From Acidobacteriota bacterium (GTDB lineage: Bacteria; Acidobacteriota; Terriglobia; Terriglobales; Acidobacteriaceae), in assembly GCA_021780315.1 (NCBI GenBank), contig JAJXYY010000027.1, positions 11,179 to 75,178 on the forward strand: 64,000 nucleotides of DNA, read 5' to 3'. Below, piece by piece: positions 48,682 to 56,701 of this stretch (position 1 is the first letter of the stretch; each line of letters starts with the position of its first letter). Below the pieces are notes generated by a model. It made no database searches. It was not told where the DNA came from and saw only the letters and a list, made by a program, of their open reading frames with translations. Both the position numbers and the translations under genes were made by a program.

Positions 48682-49244
48682 TTGCGGGGATTGTACTGGC
48701 GGCGGGGGCTTCGCGGCGGCTGGGGGAGGCGAAGCAGGGGGTTCGGCTAGGGTCGGAGACGCTGCTGGAACGGGCGGTGCGGGTGGCGGTGGCGGCGGGG
48801 TTGGAGCCTGTGTTGGTCGTGGTTTCTGCTGGACTGGTTGTGGAGAATTGTCTGGCAAGGGTGGAAGGATTTCGGGTGGTGGTGAATGAGGCGGCGGAGG
48901 AGGGGATGGCGTCGTCGATTCGGGTGGGGGTGGGGGCGGTTTGCGCAGGCGAGGAGGGTGCGGAGGGGGTGGTGGTGATGGCTTGCGATCAGCCAGCGGT
49001 GACGGCGGAGCATCTGCGGGAGTTGATGGCGGGTGGGGAGGAGATTGTGGCTTCGGGGTATGCGGGGCGGCGGGGAGTGCCGGCTTACTTTCCGAGGCGG
49101 GTGTTTGGCGAGTTGATGGAGCTAAGGGGGGATGTGGGGGCGAGGGAGTTGTTGCGGGGGGCGCGGTGTGTGGCGTTGGTGGGTGGGGAGTTGGATGTGG
49201 ATACGGTGGAGGAGTTGGAGCGGGCGCGGGAGTTGTTTGGGTGA
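48678..49244 (+). CDS. MocA-like molybdenum cofactor nucleotidyltransferase
   Basis: VLAAGASRRLG, GMASSIR, ACDQP, GDVGARELL and DVDT motifs; GTGA overlap with xdhC. Confidence 0.88.
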   Translation: MIAGIVLAAGASRRLGEAKQGVRLGSETLLERAVRVAVAAGLEPVLVVVSAGLVVENCLARVEGFRVVVNEAAEEGMASSIRVGVGAVCAGEEGAEGVVVMACDQPAVTAEHLRELMAGGEEIVASGYAGRRGVPAYFPRRVFGELMELRGDVGARELLRGARCVALVGGELDVDTVEELERARELFG

Positions 49245-49281
49245 GTGGCTTCCACCAAGAGCTATTGGTGGGTTGAGGAGA

Positions 49282-49346
49282 GCGGTCGTGCTTTGCACGA
49301 TGCCCACCTAGCGACGATGAGACTGTCGCGAAGATGGGGCCCCGGG
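49282..49346 (-). repeat. REP-like double-hairpin repeat, family 1
   Basis: Reverse complement CCCGGGGCCCCATCTTCGCGACAGTCTCATCGTCGCTAGGTGGGCATCGTGCAAAGCACGACCGC. Confidence 0.9.
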
Positions 49347-49358
49347 ATTGGTCGCGGG

Positions 49359-50216
49359 TTAGAGGGAGAGCAGGAATTCTTCGAGGAGGTTGGCGGCTAC
49401 GTGGGCGCGGTATTGGGCGGTGCTGCGGATGTCGTCGATGGGGTGGGTTTCGGTGAGGAGGGCGGCGCGGGCGGCGGCGATGGTGGCGGGGGTGATGGGC
49501 TGGTTGAGGAGGGCCTGCTCGGTGGCGGTGAGGCGGGCGGGGCGGTCTTGCAGGCTGGCTGCTCCGATGCGAATGTCTTTCACCACGCCTTCGGCGGTAA
49601 GACAGAGGGCGGCCAGGGCTACTTTGGAGATGGCCTGGGCGTTGCGGGTACCTACTTTGCGGGTGTAGGGAATGTAACCGTTTAGGTTGCGTTTTATGTG
49701 GATGCTGTGGAGGAGTTCGTCGGGGGCGAGTGCGGTTTTTTTGTAGCCGAGGTGGAAGTCGGTGTAGGGCATGGTGCGGGTGCCGCGTTTGGAGACGAGG
49801 GTGAGGGTGGCTTCGCAGGCGAGGAGTGCGGGTGGGGTGTCGGCGGCGGGGCTGGCGTTGACGATGTTTCCGCCGAGGGTTGCGCGGTTCTGGTTGGCGA
49901 TGGAACCAGTCCAACTGGCTGCTTGTTTGAGGAGGGGGAAGTCGGATTGGATGACGGGGTGTTTGCGGAGGTCGGTGAAGGTGGTTCCGGAGCCAATGGT
50001 GATGGCTTCGGGGGTGACTGCGATGAAGCGGAGTTCCTGGAGGTGGTTGATGGAGACGAGTTTTTTTGCGGCGAGGCGGCCGGCTGCGAGGGCGACCATG
50101 ATTTCTGTGCCGCCGGCGATGAGGGTGTATTCGCCGGGCTCGTAGGCGAGGATTTCGAGGACCGCTTCGAGGGTGGCGGGGGCGGTGAGGTCGTATTGGA
50201 GGACGTTTGAGCGCAT
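49359..50216 (-). CDS. Molybdenum hydroxylase FAD-binding (medium) subunit
   Basis: IAGGTEIM, NQNRATLGGNIVNASPAADT and DDIRSTAQYR motifs. Start at ATG 50216. Confidence 0.93.
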   Translation of the reverse strand: MRSNVLQYDLTAPATLEAVLEILAYEPGEYTLIAGGTEIMVALAAGRLAAKKLVSINHLQELRFIAVTPEAITIGSGTTFTDLRKHPVIQSDFPLLKQAASWTGSIANQNRATLGGNIVNASPAADTPPALLACEATLTLVSKRGTRTMPYTDFHLGYKKTALAPDELLHSIHIKRNLNGYIPYTRKVGTRNAQAISKVALAALCLTAEGVVKDIRIGAASLQDRPARLTATEQALLNQPITPATIAAARAALLTETHPIDDIRSTAQYRAHVAANLLEEFLLSL

Positions 50217-50266
50217 GAGGACTATTCCTGATAAGGGCAACGGCAAGAGCGATGGCAACGACAACA

Positions 50267-50397
50267 GCAGGTCCTCCGCTTCGCGAAGGATGACAACTAA
50301 AAAACAAGCAAAGGCAAAAGCGAAAGCAAAGGCAAAAGCAAGAGCAAAAGCGGATTACGGTGGTCTTCGGATTTGTGCTTTGTTCAGGATGACGGCA
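50267..50397 (-). repeat. Family-2 repeats flanking an 8x hexamer tandem array
   Basis: Family-2 copy at 50267-50303; eight degenerate AAAGCA-type hexamers at 50305-50352; a further GTCATCCTGAAC copy at about 50365-50397. Confidence 0.8.
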
Positions 50398-50886
50398 TTA
50401 AATTGGTGACGGCACAGAATTGGTTCCGGGTGTTTTGGAGGCTTGTTGGACTGCTTGGAAGATGCGGGTGTAGCCGGTGCAGCGGCAGAGGTTTCCGGCT
50501 AGGCCTTCCTGAATTTGTAACAGGTTTGGTTGCGGATATTTTTCGAGCAGGTGGTGGGTGGCGAGGATCATGCCGGGAGTGCAGATGCCGCACTGGGCTC
50601 CGCCTTGTTCGAGGAAGCATTGCTGGATGGGGTGGAGTTTTTCGTTGCTTGCGATGCCTTCGATGGTGGTGATGTGGGCGCCTTCGGCTTGCAGAATGGG
50701 GACGAGGCAGGAGTTGACCAGCTCGCCGTTGAGGAGGACAGAGCAGGAGCCGCACTCGCCTTCGCCGCAGCCTTCCTTGGCTCCGGTGAGGTGGAGGTCT
50801 TCGCGGAGGACGTCGAGGAGACGCTTGAGCGGCGGGGCTTCGATGGTTCGGGGTTGGCCGTTGATGGTTAGGGTGATTTGAGTCAT
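50398..50886 (-). CDS. Molybdenum hydroxylase [2Fe-2S] (small) subunit
   Basis: GAKEGCGEGECGSC, NSC, QCGICTPG and GNLCRCTGY motifs. Confidence 0.95.
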   Translation of the reverse strand: MTQITLTINGQPRTIEAPPLKRLLDVLREDLHLTGAKEGCGEGECGSCSVLLNGELVNSCLVPILQAEGAHITTIEGIASNEKLHPIQQCFLEQGGAQCGICTPGMILATHHLLEKYPQPNLLQIQEGLAGNLCRCTGYTRIFQAVQQASKTPGTNSVPSPI

Positions 50887-50924
50887 TTGGTAGATTCCGA
50901 GGTTGTGTTGCGGAGGATAAGAAA

Positions 50925-50991
50925 GCGGTCGTGCGTTCGCACGATGCCCATCTTAGCGACGGTGAGGCTGTCGCGAAGATGGGGCAACCGG
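50925..50991 (-). repeat. REP-like double-hairpin repeat, family 1
   Basis: Reverse complement CCGGTTGCCCCATCTTCGCGACAGCCTCACCGTCGCTAAGATGGGCATCGTGCGAACGCACGACCGC. Confidence 0.9.
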
Positions 50992-51007
50992 ATGTGTGCC
51001 GATGTGG

Positions 51008-53320
51008 TCATGCGGTGGCCTCGGGGACGCAGGGGTCGCCGCTGGTGTGGCCGTTGGCGGTCATGCGTTGGAAGATGTCTTCGGGGAGGAGAGGGATCTC
51101 GTTGAAGGGGATGCGGGTGGCGTCTTCGATGGCGTTGAGGATGGCGGGTGCGGGGCCGTCCATGGGGAGTTCGCCGATGCCTTTGGCTCCGAAGGGGCCA
51201 TGGATGCTGGGGATTTCTTCGAAGGCGACGTGGATGGGGGGGAGATCGGCGGAGGTGGGCATGATGTAGTTGGTCATCTGGTTGTTGGCCATGTGGCCTT
51301 GTTGCCAGACGCATTTTTCGTAGAGGGCGAAGCCGATTCCCTGAGCGACTCCGCCTTCGATCTGGCCGGCGGCGAGGATGGGGTGGAGGACTTTGCCGAC
51401 CTCCTGGAGGGCGTAGAAGTTGGTGCAGGTGGCGGCGTAGGTGGTGGTGTCGACGGCGACTTCAGCGACGTAGACGGCCCAGGCGTAGGCGGGGTAGGCC
51501 TCGCCTTTGTAGTTGTCGTCGTCCCAGACAATGTCTCCGGGGGACTGGTAGCGGACGCTGGCTTTGAGGGGGCCGTGCTGGGCGAGGTAGGCGAGGGCGG
51601 CGTGGCGGAAGTCGTCGGCGGAGTAGTGGTGGGGCAGGTGGCCGGAGGTAATGAGGGATTGGACGAGGGATTGGGCGGCTCGCTCGACGAGTTTGCCGAC
51701 GATCATGGCGGTGCGGGAGGCGACGGTGGGGCCGGAGTTGGGGACGTGTTTGGTGTCGGGCTGGGCGATGAGGATGAAGTCGTAGGGGAGGTGGAGGGTT
51801 TCGGCGGCGATCTGGCAGAGGATGGTGTTGGTTCCCTGGCCGAACTCGGTGGAGGAGACGAGGATCTGCGGTTGTCCGGTGGGGGTGAGTTCGATTTCAA
51901 CGAGGGAGTTGAGACGGCGCTCGCCGGAGCCGGTGAAGCCGGAGCCGTGGAAGAAGGTGGCGAAGCCGATGCCGCGCTTGATGGGGGAGGTGGGATTTTC
52001 CTTTTGGAAGCGCGCTTGTTTGGCGTGGTAGTCGGACTCGGTGAGGGCGCGGGTGAGGAGGTGCTGCATGTCTACGGTGTCTGGTCCCGATTGGGGGACG
52101 AGTTGGCCGGTGGCGGTGCGGTCGCCGGGGGCGAGGAGGTTGCGGCGGCGGACGTCTTCGGGGGTGATGCCGAGGGCGTGGGCGATGCGGTCCATGTGGC
52201 GCTCGGTGGCGAAGATGGACTGGGGCGCGCCGAAGCCGCGGAAGGCACCGTGGGGCGGGAGGTTGGTGGCGTAGGCTTTGCCGGAGACGCGTAGTGCGGG
52301 CCAGCGGTAAGGGCCGGCGGCGTGGATGGTTCCGCGGGAGAGGACGGTGGCGGAGAGGGTGAGGTAGGCGCCGCCGTCGAGGCAGAAGGCGATGTCTCCG
52401 CCGAGGAGTTTGCCGTCTTTGCTGACGGCGGTGCGGATGCGGGTGCGGCTGGGGTGGCGCTTGGTGGTTGCGGCGAGGTCTTCGGCGCGGTCGTAGCAGA
52501 TTTTGACGGGGTGGCCGGACTTCATGGCGAGCAGGGCGGCGTGGGCTGCGATGACGGAGGGGAAGTCTTCTTTGCCGCCGAAGGCTCCACCGGTCTCGGT
52601 CTGGATGACGCGGCATTGTTCGGCGGGCAGGTTGAAGACGAGTTGGAGGGCGTGGACGACGTAGAAGGGGCACTGCATGGCGCCGCGGACGGTGACACCG
52701 TGGGTGGCGGAGTACTCGGCGATGATGCCGTTGTTTTCGATGTAGAGCTGCTCCTGGGCTCCGGTGCGGTACTCGCCGGTGACGATGTGGTCGGCAGCGG
52801 CGAAGATGGCGTCGAGTTGGGACTCGTTGCCGGAGCGCATGAGGTAGGACTTGAAGAGGTTTTTTTCGGGCGCGTCGGGGTCGCCCCAGATGGCGGGTGC
52901 GTCAGGGGCTTCGGCCTGGTCGATGGTGAAGACGGCGGGGAGGGGATCGTAGGTGATGTGGACGGCGGCGACGGCGGCGGGGAGGACGGCGCGGTCGGGG
53001 TGGGCGAGCAGGAGGATGGGCTCGTTGGGGTGGTTGACGTGGGTGGAGGCGAGGCAGAGGTGGTCTTTGGCGATGTGGACGATGGTGTTTTCGCCGGGGA
53101 CGTCGGCGGCGGTGACGATGGTGAACTCGTGCCAGGGGATGGCGGGATCGAAGGTGATGGAGGTGATGCGTCCGCGGGGGATGGTGGAGCGGACGGTGGC
53201 GCCGAACCACATGTTGGGAAGGGCGATGTCGTCGATGTACTGAGCGCGGCCGAGGACCTTGGCGACGCCCTCCTTGCGGATGGGGGAGGAGCCTACGATA
53301 TGGGTGGTCTGCGCAGACAT
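51008..53320 (-). CDS. Xanthine dehydrogenase-family molybdopterin-binding (large) subunit
   Basis: GGAFGGK, FRGFGAPQ, EFGQG, TVASRT, GQIEGGVAQGIG and GAKGIGE motifs. Confidence 0.95.
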   Translation of the reverse strand: MSAQTTHIVGSSPIRKEGVAKVLGRAQYIDDIALPNMWFGATVRSTIPRGRITSITFDPAIPWHEFTIVTAADVPGENTIVHIAKDHLCLASTHVNHPNEPILLLAHPDRAVLPAAVAAVHITYDPLPAVFTIDQAEAPDAPAIWGDPDAPEKNLFKSYLMRSGNESQLDAIFAAADHIVTGEYRTGAQEQLYIENNGIIAEYSATHGVTVRGAMQCPFYVVHALQLVFNLPAEQCRVIQTETGGAFGGKEDFPSVIAAHAALLAMKSGHPVKICYDRAEDLAATTKRHPSRTRIRTAVSKDGKLLGGDIAFCLDGGAYLTLSATVLSRGTIHAAGPYRWPALRVSGKAYATNLPPHGAFRGFGAPQSIFATERHMDRIAHALGITPEDVRRRNLLAPGDRTATGQLVPQSGPDTVDMQHLLTRALTESDYHAKQARFQKENPTSPIKRGIGFATFFHGSGFTGSGERRLNSLVEIELTPTGQPQILVSSTEFGQGTNTILCQIAAETLHLPYDFILIAQPDTKHVPNSGPTVASRTAMIVGKLVERAAQSLVQSLITSGHLPHHYSADDFRHAALAYLAQHGPLKASVRYQSPGDIVWDDDNYKGEAYPAYAWAVYVAEVAVDTTTYAATCTNFYALQEVGKVLHPILAAGQIEGGVAQGIGFALYEKCVWQQGHMANNQMTNYIMPTSADLPPIHVAFEEIPSIHGPFGAKGIGELPMDGPAPAILNAIEDATRIPFNEIPLLPEDIFQRMTANGHTSGDPCVPEATA

Positions 53321-53442
53321 AAAAACAAGTCTAATTCAACGACCAGACTAGTTTCCTGATAGACCTTTCCTTGTATGCAGAAGCAGCACACGATAGAGTT
53401 ACGGCTTTCATCAGTAAGTTTTTATTATATTTTCTATGTTGA

Positions 53443-53769
53443 TCAGTATCTTGATACGTAATAGCTCAAGAGTAGAGCACAAAGACACAGGCGTGAAGCA
53501 TTTTTATTAAGCCGATCCGATTCCATTTTCCATACTTGCGTGGGCATAGATTCTGAATTTAGCGAATCTAGTTTTGTAGCCAACCGCAGTAGTGTTATCT
53601 GGAAGAGAAGATAAAAAAACCAAATCATCACAATGAAGAGCACTAAGATGCTTAAATGAAGGGCGTCTTTAGTGTCAGATCTACGATATGTGTGGACGCT
53701 ATTTACGAGATCGACCACAGATATTAAGCTCACCCACCACACAGATGACCGAGAATATAGCTTGGACAT
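53443..53769 (-). CDS. Small low-GC membrane protein (2-3 TM)
   Basis: 108-aa ORF with hydrophobic segments, in the roughly 40% GC islet, preceded by TGG-TAACGT. Confidence 0.65.
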   Translation of the reverse strand: MSKLYSRSSVWWVSLISVVDLVNSVHTYRRSDTKDALHLSILVLFIVMIWFFYLLFQITLLRLATKLDSLNSESMPTQVWKMESDRLNKNASRLCLCALLLSYYVSRY

Positions 53770-53799
53770 AAAGCCTCTGCTTAAAGCAAGTTAGAGATT

Positions 53800-53815
53800 A
53801 CGTTACCACGGGATG
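53800..53815 (-). promoter_or_regulatory. Extended -10 promoter motif shared by the two islet genes (copy 1)
   Basis: CATCCCGTGG-TAACGT on the minus strand. Confidence 0.5.
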
Positions 53816-53818
53816 TAA

Positions 53819-53860
53819 GAATTTTAGTCAGCTTTGATTAAGCTAAGCTGACTAAAATTC
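53819..53860. terminator. Perfect 16-bp inverted repeat between the islet genes
   Basis: GAATTTTAGTCAGCTT-N10-AAGCTGACTAAAATTC. Confidence 0.5.
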
Positions 53861-53892
53861 ATAGTATTGAGGAGATAAGACAGAAACTGTAG

Positions 53893-54603
53893 TTAGCAAC
53901 CTTCCCACCATAACGCAACAGTAGCGATCGCAGCCGCAGGTATATTCCCCGTCAGCATGGCGATAACGTCCAAGCCGATCAGAGCTGCACAATAAGGAGT
54001 GTGCTTATAGAACATTGTTTGTTGTGCTTCTCGCTCGGCCTGCTGTTGCTTTGCAGTATTGTGCAGCTTCGTAACAAGTTCATTCATAGCATCGGTTGAA
54101 ATGATCTGTAATCCGCTTTTAAGAACCTGCAGTTTTAGTAGTTCTTTATCCGAGTCATCAAAACGAAGCAGTGAGTCTTTGGTTGATTCAATATCCAGAG
54201 TGGGTAGCCCCAGCATGGAATAGCGCCTTAGTGAGTCATCGACATCTTGCTCACTTAAGCTGGTTTGCAGTAAGCCTTGGCTAAGTTGGCTATCAACAAG
54301 GGCATAATATCCAGTTTCGGCAAGGTTCCCAATATAGGTTCCATAAGCCACCTGCAAGGTGGCAACATGAGCATGCGTCAACTGCTTCGAATTTATCGCT
54401 GTGCCTAAAGCAGTGAGGCTGCTGTAAGTACTTTTGACAACTGAAGGACTAAGCTTCCCTAAGCATTCCTTGAACGAATTAGGATTCGAGTCTTGTCCGA
54501 ACGCTGACCGCGAAAGGCCGAATATTGAGCAGGGGAAAGCCGCTGCGCACGGAACGAACGATATCAACTGTCTTCTATTGATAGGTGCCATCGGTGTCTC
54601 CAT
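53893..54603 (-). CDS. Low-GC hypothetical protein with a Tat-like signal and hydrophobic Cys-flanked C-terminus
   Basis: INRRQLI...SAFG-QD; C-terminus YCAALIGLDVIAMLTGNIPAAAIATVALWWEGC. Confidence 0.75.
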   Translation of the reverse strand: METPMAPINRRQLISFVPCAAAFPCSIFGLSRSAFGQDSNPNSFKECLGKLSPSVVKSTYSSLTALGTAINSKQLTHAHVATLQVAYGTYIGNLAETGYYALVDSQLSQGLLQTSLSEQDVDDSLRRYSMLGLPTLDIESTKDSLLRFDDSDKELLKLQVLKSGLQIISTDAMNELVTKLHNTAKQQQAEREAQQTMFYKHTPYCAALIGLDVIAMLTGNIPAAAIATVALWWEGC

Positions 54604-54616
54604 TAGTAATCAACGA

Positions 54617-54645
54617 AGCGTACCACGGGATGCCTATTGTGTCTA
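54617..54645 (-). promoter_or_regulatory. Sigma70 promoter of the islet precursor gene (shared motif copy 2)
   Basis: TAGACA-N17-TACGCT containing CATCCCGTGG on the minus strand. Confidence 0.55.
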
Positions 54646-54769
54646 CGGATTATTAAGATATTAGTTATTGCCAGTGTTACTGGCTTGTATTTCGACAAGT
54701 TGGCGCACCTTACAGTAGTTTCTTGTCCAATTCGTAAATATGGATCACAGTTTCAAGTGAAAGGTTTTC

Positions 54770-55603
54770 GTGACTGAGATGATCGATGCGCACCATCATC
54801 TGTGGCGGTATTCGTCGGCGGAGTATGGGTGGCTGGATGAGGGGATGCGTGCGCTGCGGCGAGATTTTCTGCCGGATGATCTGGAGCGTGTGCTGGCTTC
54901 GGCGGGGGTGGATGGCGCGGTGACGGTGCAGGCGCGGCAGACGGTGGAGGAGACGCGGTGGCTGCTGGATTTGGCGGCAGAGTGTGGGGCGATGCGAGGG
55001 GTGGTGGGGTGGGCACCGATTGCGTCGGCTGGATTTGCGGGAGTGCTGGAGGAGTTGGCGGAGAGGCCGAAGCTGAAGGGGCTGCGGCATGTGATTCAGG
55101 CAGAGGCAGATGAGCATTACATTCTGCGGGAGGATTTCAATGCGGGGATTCGGCGGCTGCGGGGGAGTGGGTTGGTGTACGAGATTCTGATCTTTGAGCG
55201 GCAGTTGGCGCAGACGATCCAGTTTGTGGATGCCCATGCGGAGCAGGTGATGGTGCTGGATCATGTGGCGAAGCCGCGGATTCGGGAGGGGTTGATGGAG
55301 CCGTGGGCGAGGCAGATGCGGGAGTTGGCGATGCGGGAGAATGTGTGGTGCAAGGTGAGCGGGATGGTGACGGAGGCGGAGTGGTCGGGGTGGTCGCTGG
55401 AGACGCTGCGGCCGTATCTGGATGTGGTGGTGGAGGCGTTCGGGCCGGGGCGGCTGATGGCTGGTTCGGACTGGCCGGTGTGCCTGGTGGCGACGGAGTA
55501 TGCGCGGTGGTTTGAGGTGCTGCGGGAGTACTTTGCGGGGTACAGTGCGGAGGAGCAGGCGGCGGTGTTTGGTGGGACGGCGGTGGCGGTGTATGGGCTG
55601 TAG
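54770..55603 (+). CDS. Amidohydrolase-family sugar lactonase (L-fucono/L-galactono-1,5-lactonase-like)
   Basis: IDAHHHLW, GLRH, VLDHVAKP, CKVSG and MAGSDWPVC motifs. Confidence 0.9.
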   Translation: MTEMIDAHHHLWRYSSAEYGWLDEGMRALRRDFLPDDLERVLASAGVDGAVTVQARQTVEETRWLLDLAAECGAMRGVVGWAPIASAGFAGVLEELAERPKLKGLRHVIQAEADEHYILREDFNAGIRRLRGSGLVYEILIFERQLAQTIQFVDAHAEQVMVLDHVAKPRIREGLMEPWARQMRELAMRENVWCKVSGMVTEAEWSGWSLETLRPYLDVVVEAFGPGRLMAGSDWPVCLVATEYARWFEVLREYFAGYSAEEQAAVFGGTAVAVYGL

Positions 55604-55664
55604 GGAGTGCGGATTTAAGAGTAGGCTGGCGGTGGTTGATTTTAGACGCGGATGAGGAGATGCA

Positions 55665-56669
55665 ATGAAGGCGTTTCGTATGGAAGGCCCTGAGCGGGCC
55701 GGAGTGGTTGCGGTTCCGGAGGTGGTGGCCGGCGAAGGTGAGGCGCTGCTGCGGGTGAAGATGGTGGGGATGTGCGGGACGGATCTGAATACGTATCGCG
55801 GCCGGAATGCGATGGTGACGTTTCCGCGGGTGCTGGGGCATGAGGTGGCGGCGGAGGTGGTGGAGGGCGGCGGCGCACTGGCGGCGGGGACGGCGGTGAC
55901 GATCTCGCCGTATACGAGTTGCGGGCGGTGTCCTTCGTGCCGGAATGGGCGGGTGAATGCGTGCCAGTTCAACGAGACGATGGGGGTGCAGCGGGACGGT
56001 GCGATGACGGAGTATATCTGCGTACCGCGGGAGAAGCTGTATGCGGCGAAGCTGTCGCTGAAGGAGTTGTGCCTGGTGGAGCCGCTGACGGTGGGCACGC
56101 ATGCGGCGGCGCGAGGACGAGTGACGGCGGCGGATACGGTGGCGGTGTTTGGCTGCGGCGGGGTGGGGCTGGGAGCGATTGCGGCGGCTGCGTTTCGTGG
56201 GGCGGAGACGATTGCGATCGACATGGATGACGCGAAGCTGGAGACGGCGCGCAAGGCTGGTGCGAAGCATTTGATCCACTCGAAGAACGAGGACCTGCAT
56301 GAGCGGCTGGCGGCGATCACCGGGGGGCAAGGTCCGGACGTGATGATCGAGGCGATCGGGCTGCCGGTGACGTTTCGCGCGGCGGTGGAGGAGGTCGCGT
56401 TTACGGGGCGGGTGGTGTACATCGGCTATGCGAAGGAGCCGGTGGCGTATGAGACGCGGTTGTTCGTGCAGAAGGAGCTGGATGTGATGGGTTCGCGGAA
56501 TGCGCTGCCGGAGGACTTTCGCGAGGTGATCCAGATGCTGGAGGCGGGTCGGTTTCCGGTGGAGGACGCGGTGAGTGCGGTGGTGCGGATGGACGAGGCG
56601 GCGCGGATGCTGGGGGAGTGGAGTGCTGCTCCGGCGAAGTTTACGAAGATCATGGTTGCGATTGGCTGA
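55665..56669 (+). CDS. Zn-dependent MDR dehydrogenase (L-galactonate 5-dehydrogenase-like)
   Basis: GMCGTD, GHE, CGRCPSCRNGRVNAC, GCGGVG and MGSRNA motifs. Confidence 0.88.
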   Translation: MKAFRMEGPERAGVVAVPEVVAGEGEALLRVKMVGMCGTDLNTYRGRNAMVTFPRVLGHEVAAEVVEGGGALAAGTAVTISPYTSCGRCPSCRNGRVNACQFNETMGVQRDGAMTEYICVPREKLYAAKLSLKELCLVEPLTVGTHAAARGRVTAADTVAVFGCGGVGLGAIAAAAFRGAETIAIDMDDAKLETARKAGAKHLIHSKNEDLHERLAAITGGQGPDVMIEAIGLPVTFRAAVEEVAFTGRVVYIGYAKEPVAYETRLFVQKELDVMGSRNALPEDFREVIQMLEAGRFPVEDAVSAVVRMDEAARMLGEWSAAPAKFTKIMVAIG

Positions 56670-56701
56670 GAGCGGTTGATGGTGGAAGACAGGGAGAGCG
56701 G

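Noticed and set aside
51008-53320. Aerobic CO dehydrogenase (coxL) call
   Set aside because: The active-site loop is FRGFG, not AYxCSFR, and no coxDEFG genes are present.
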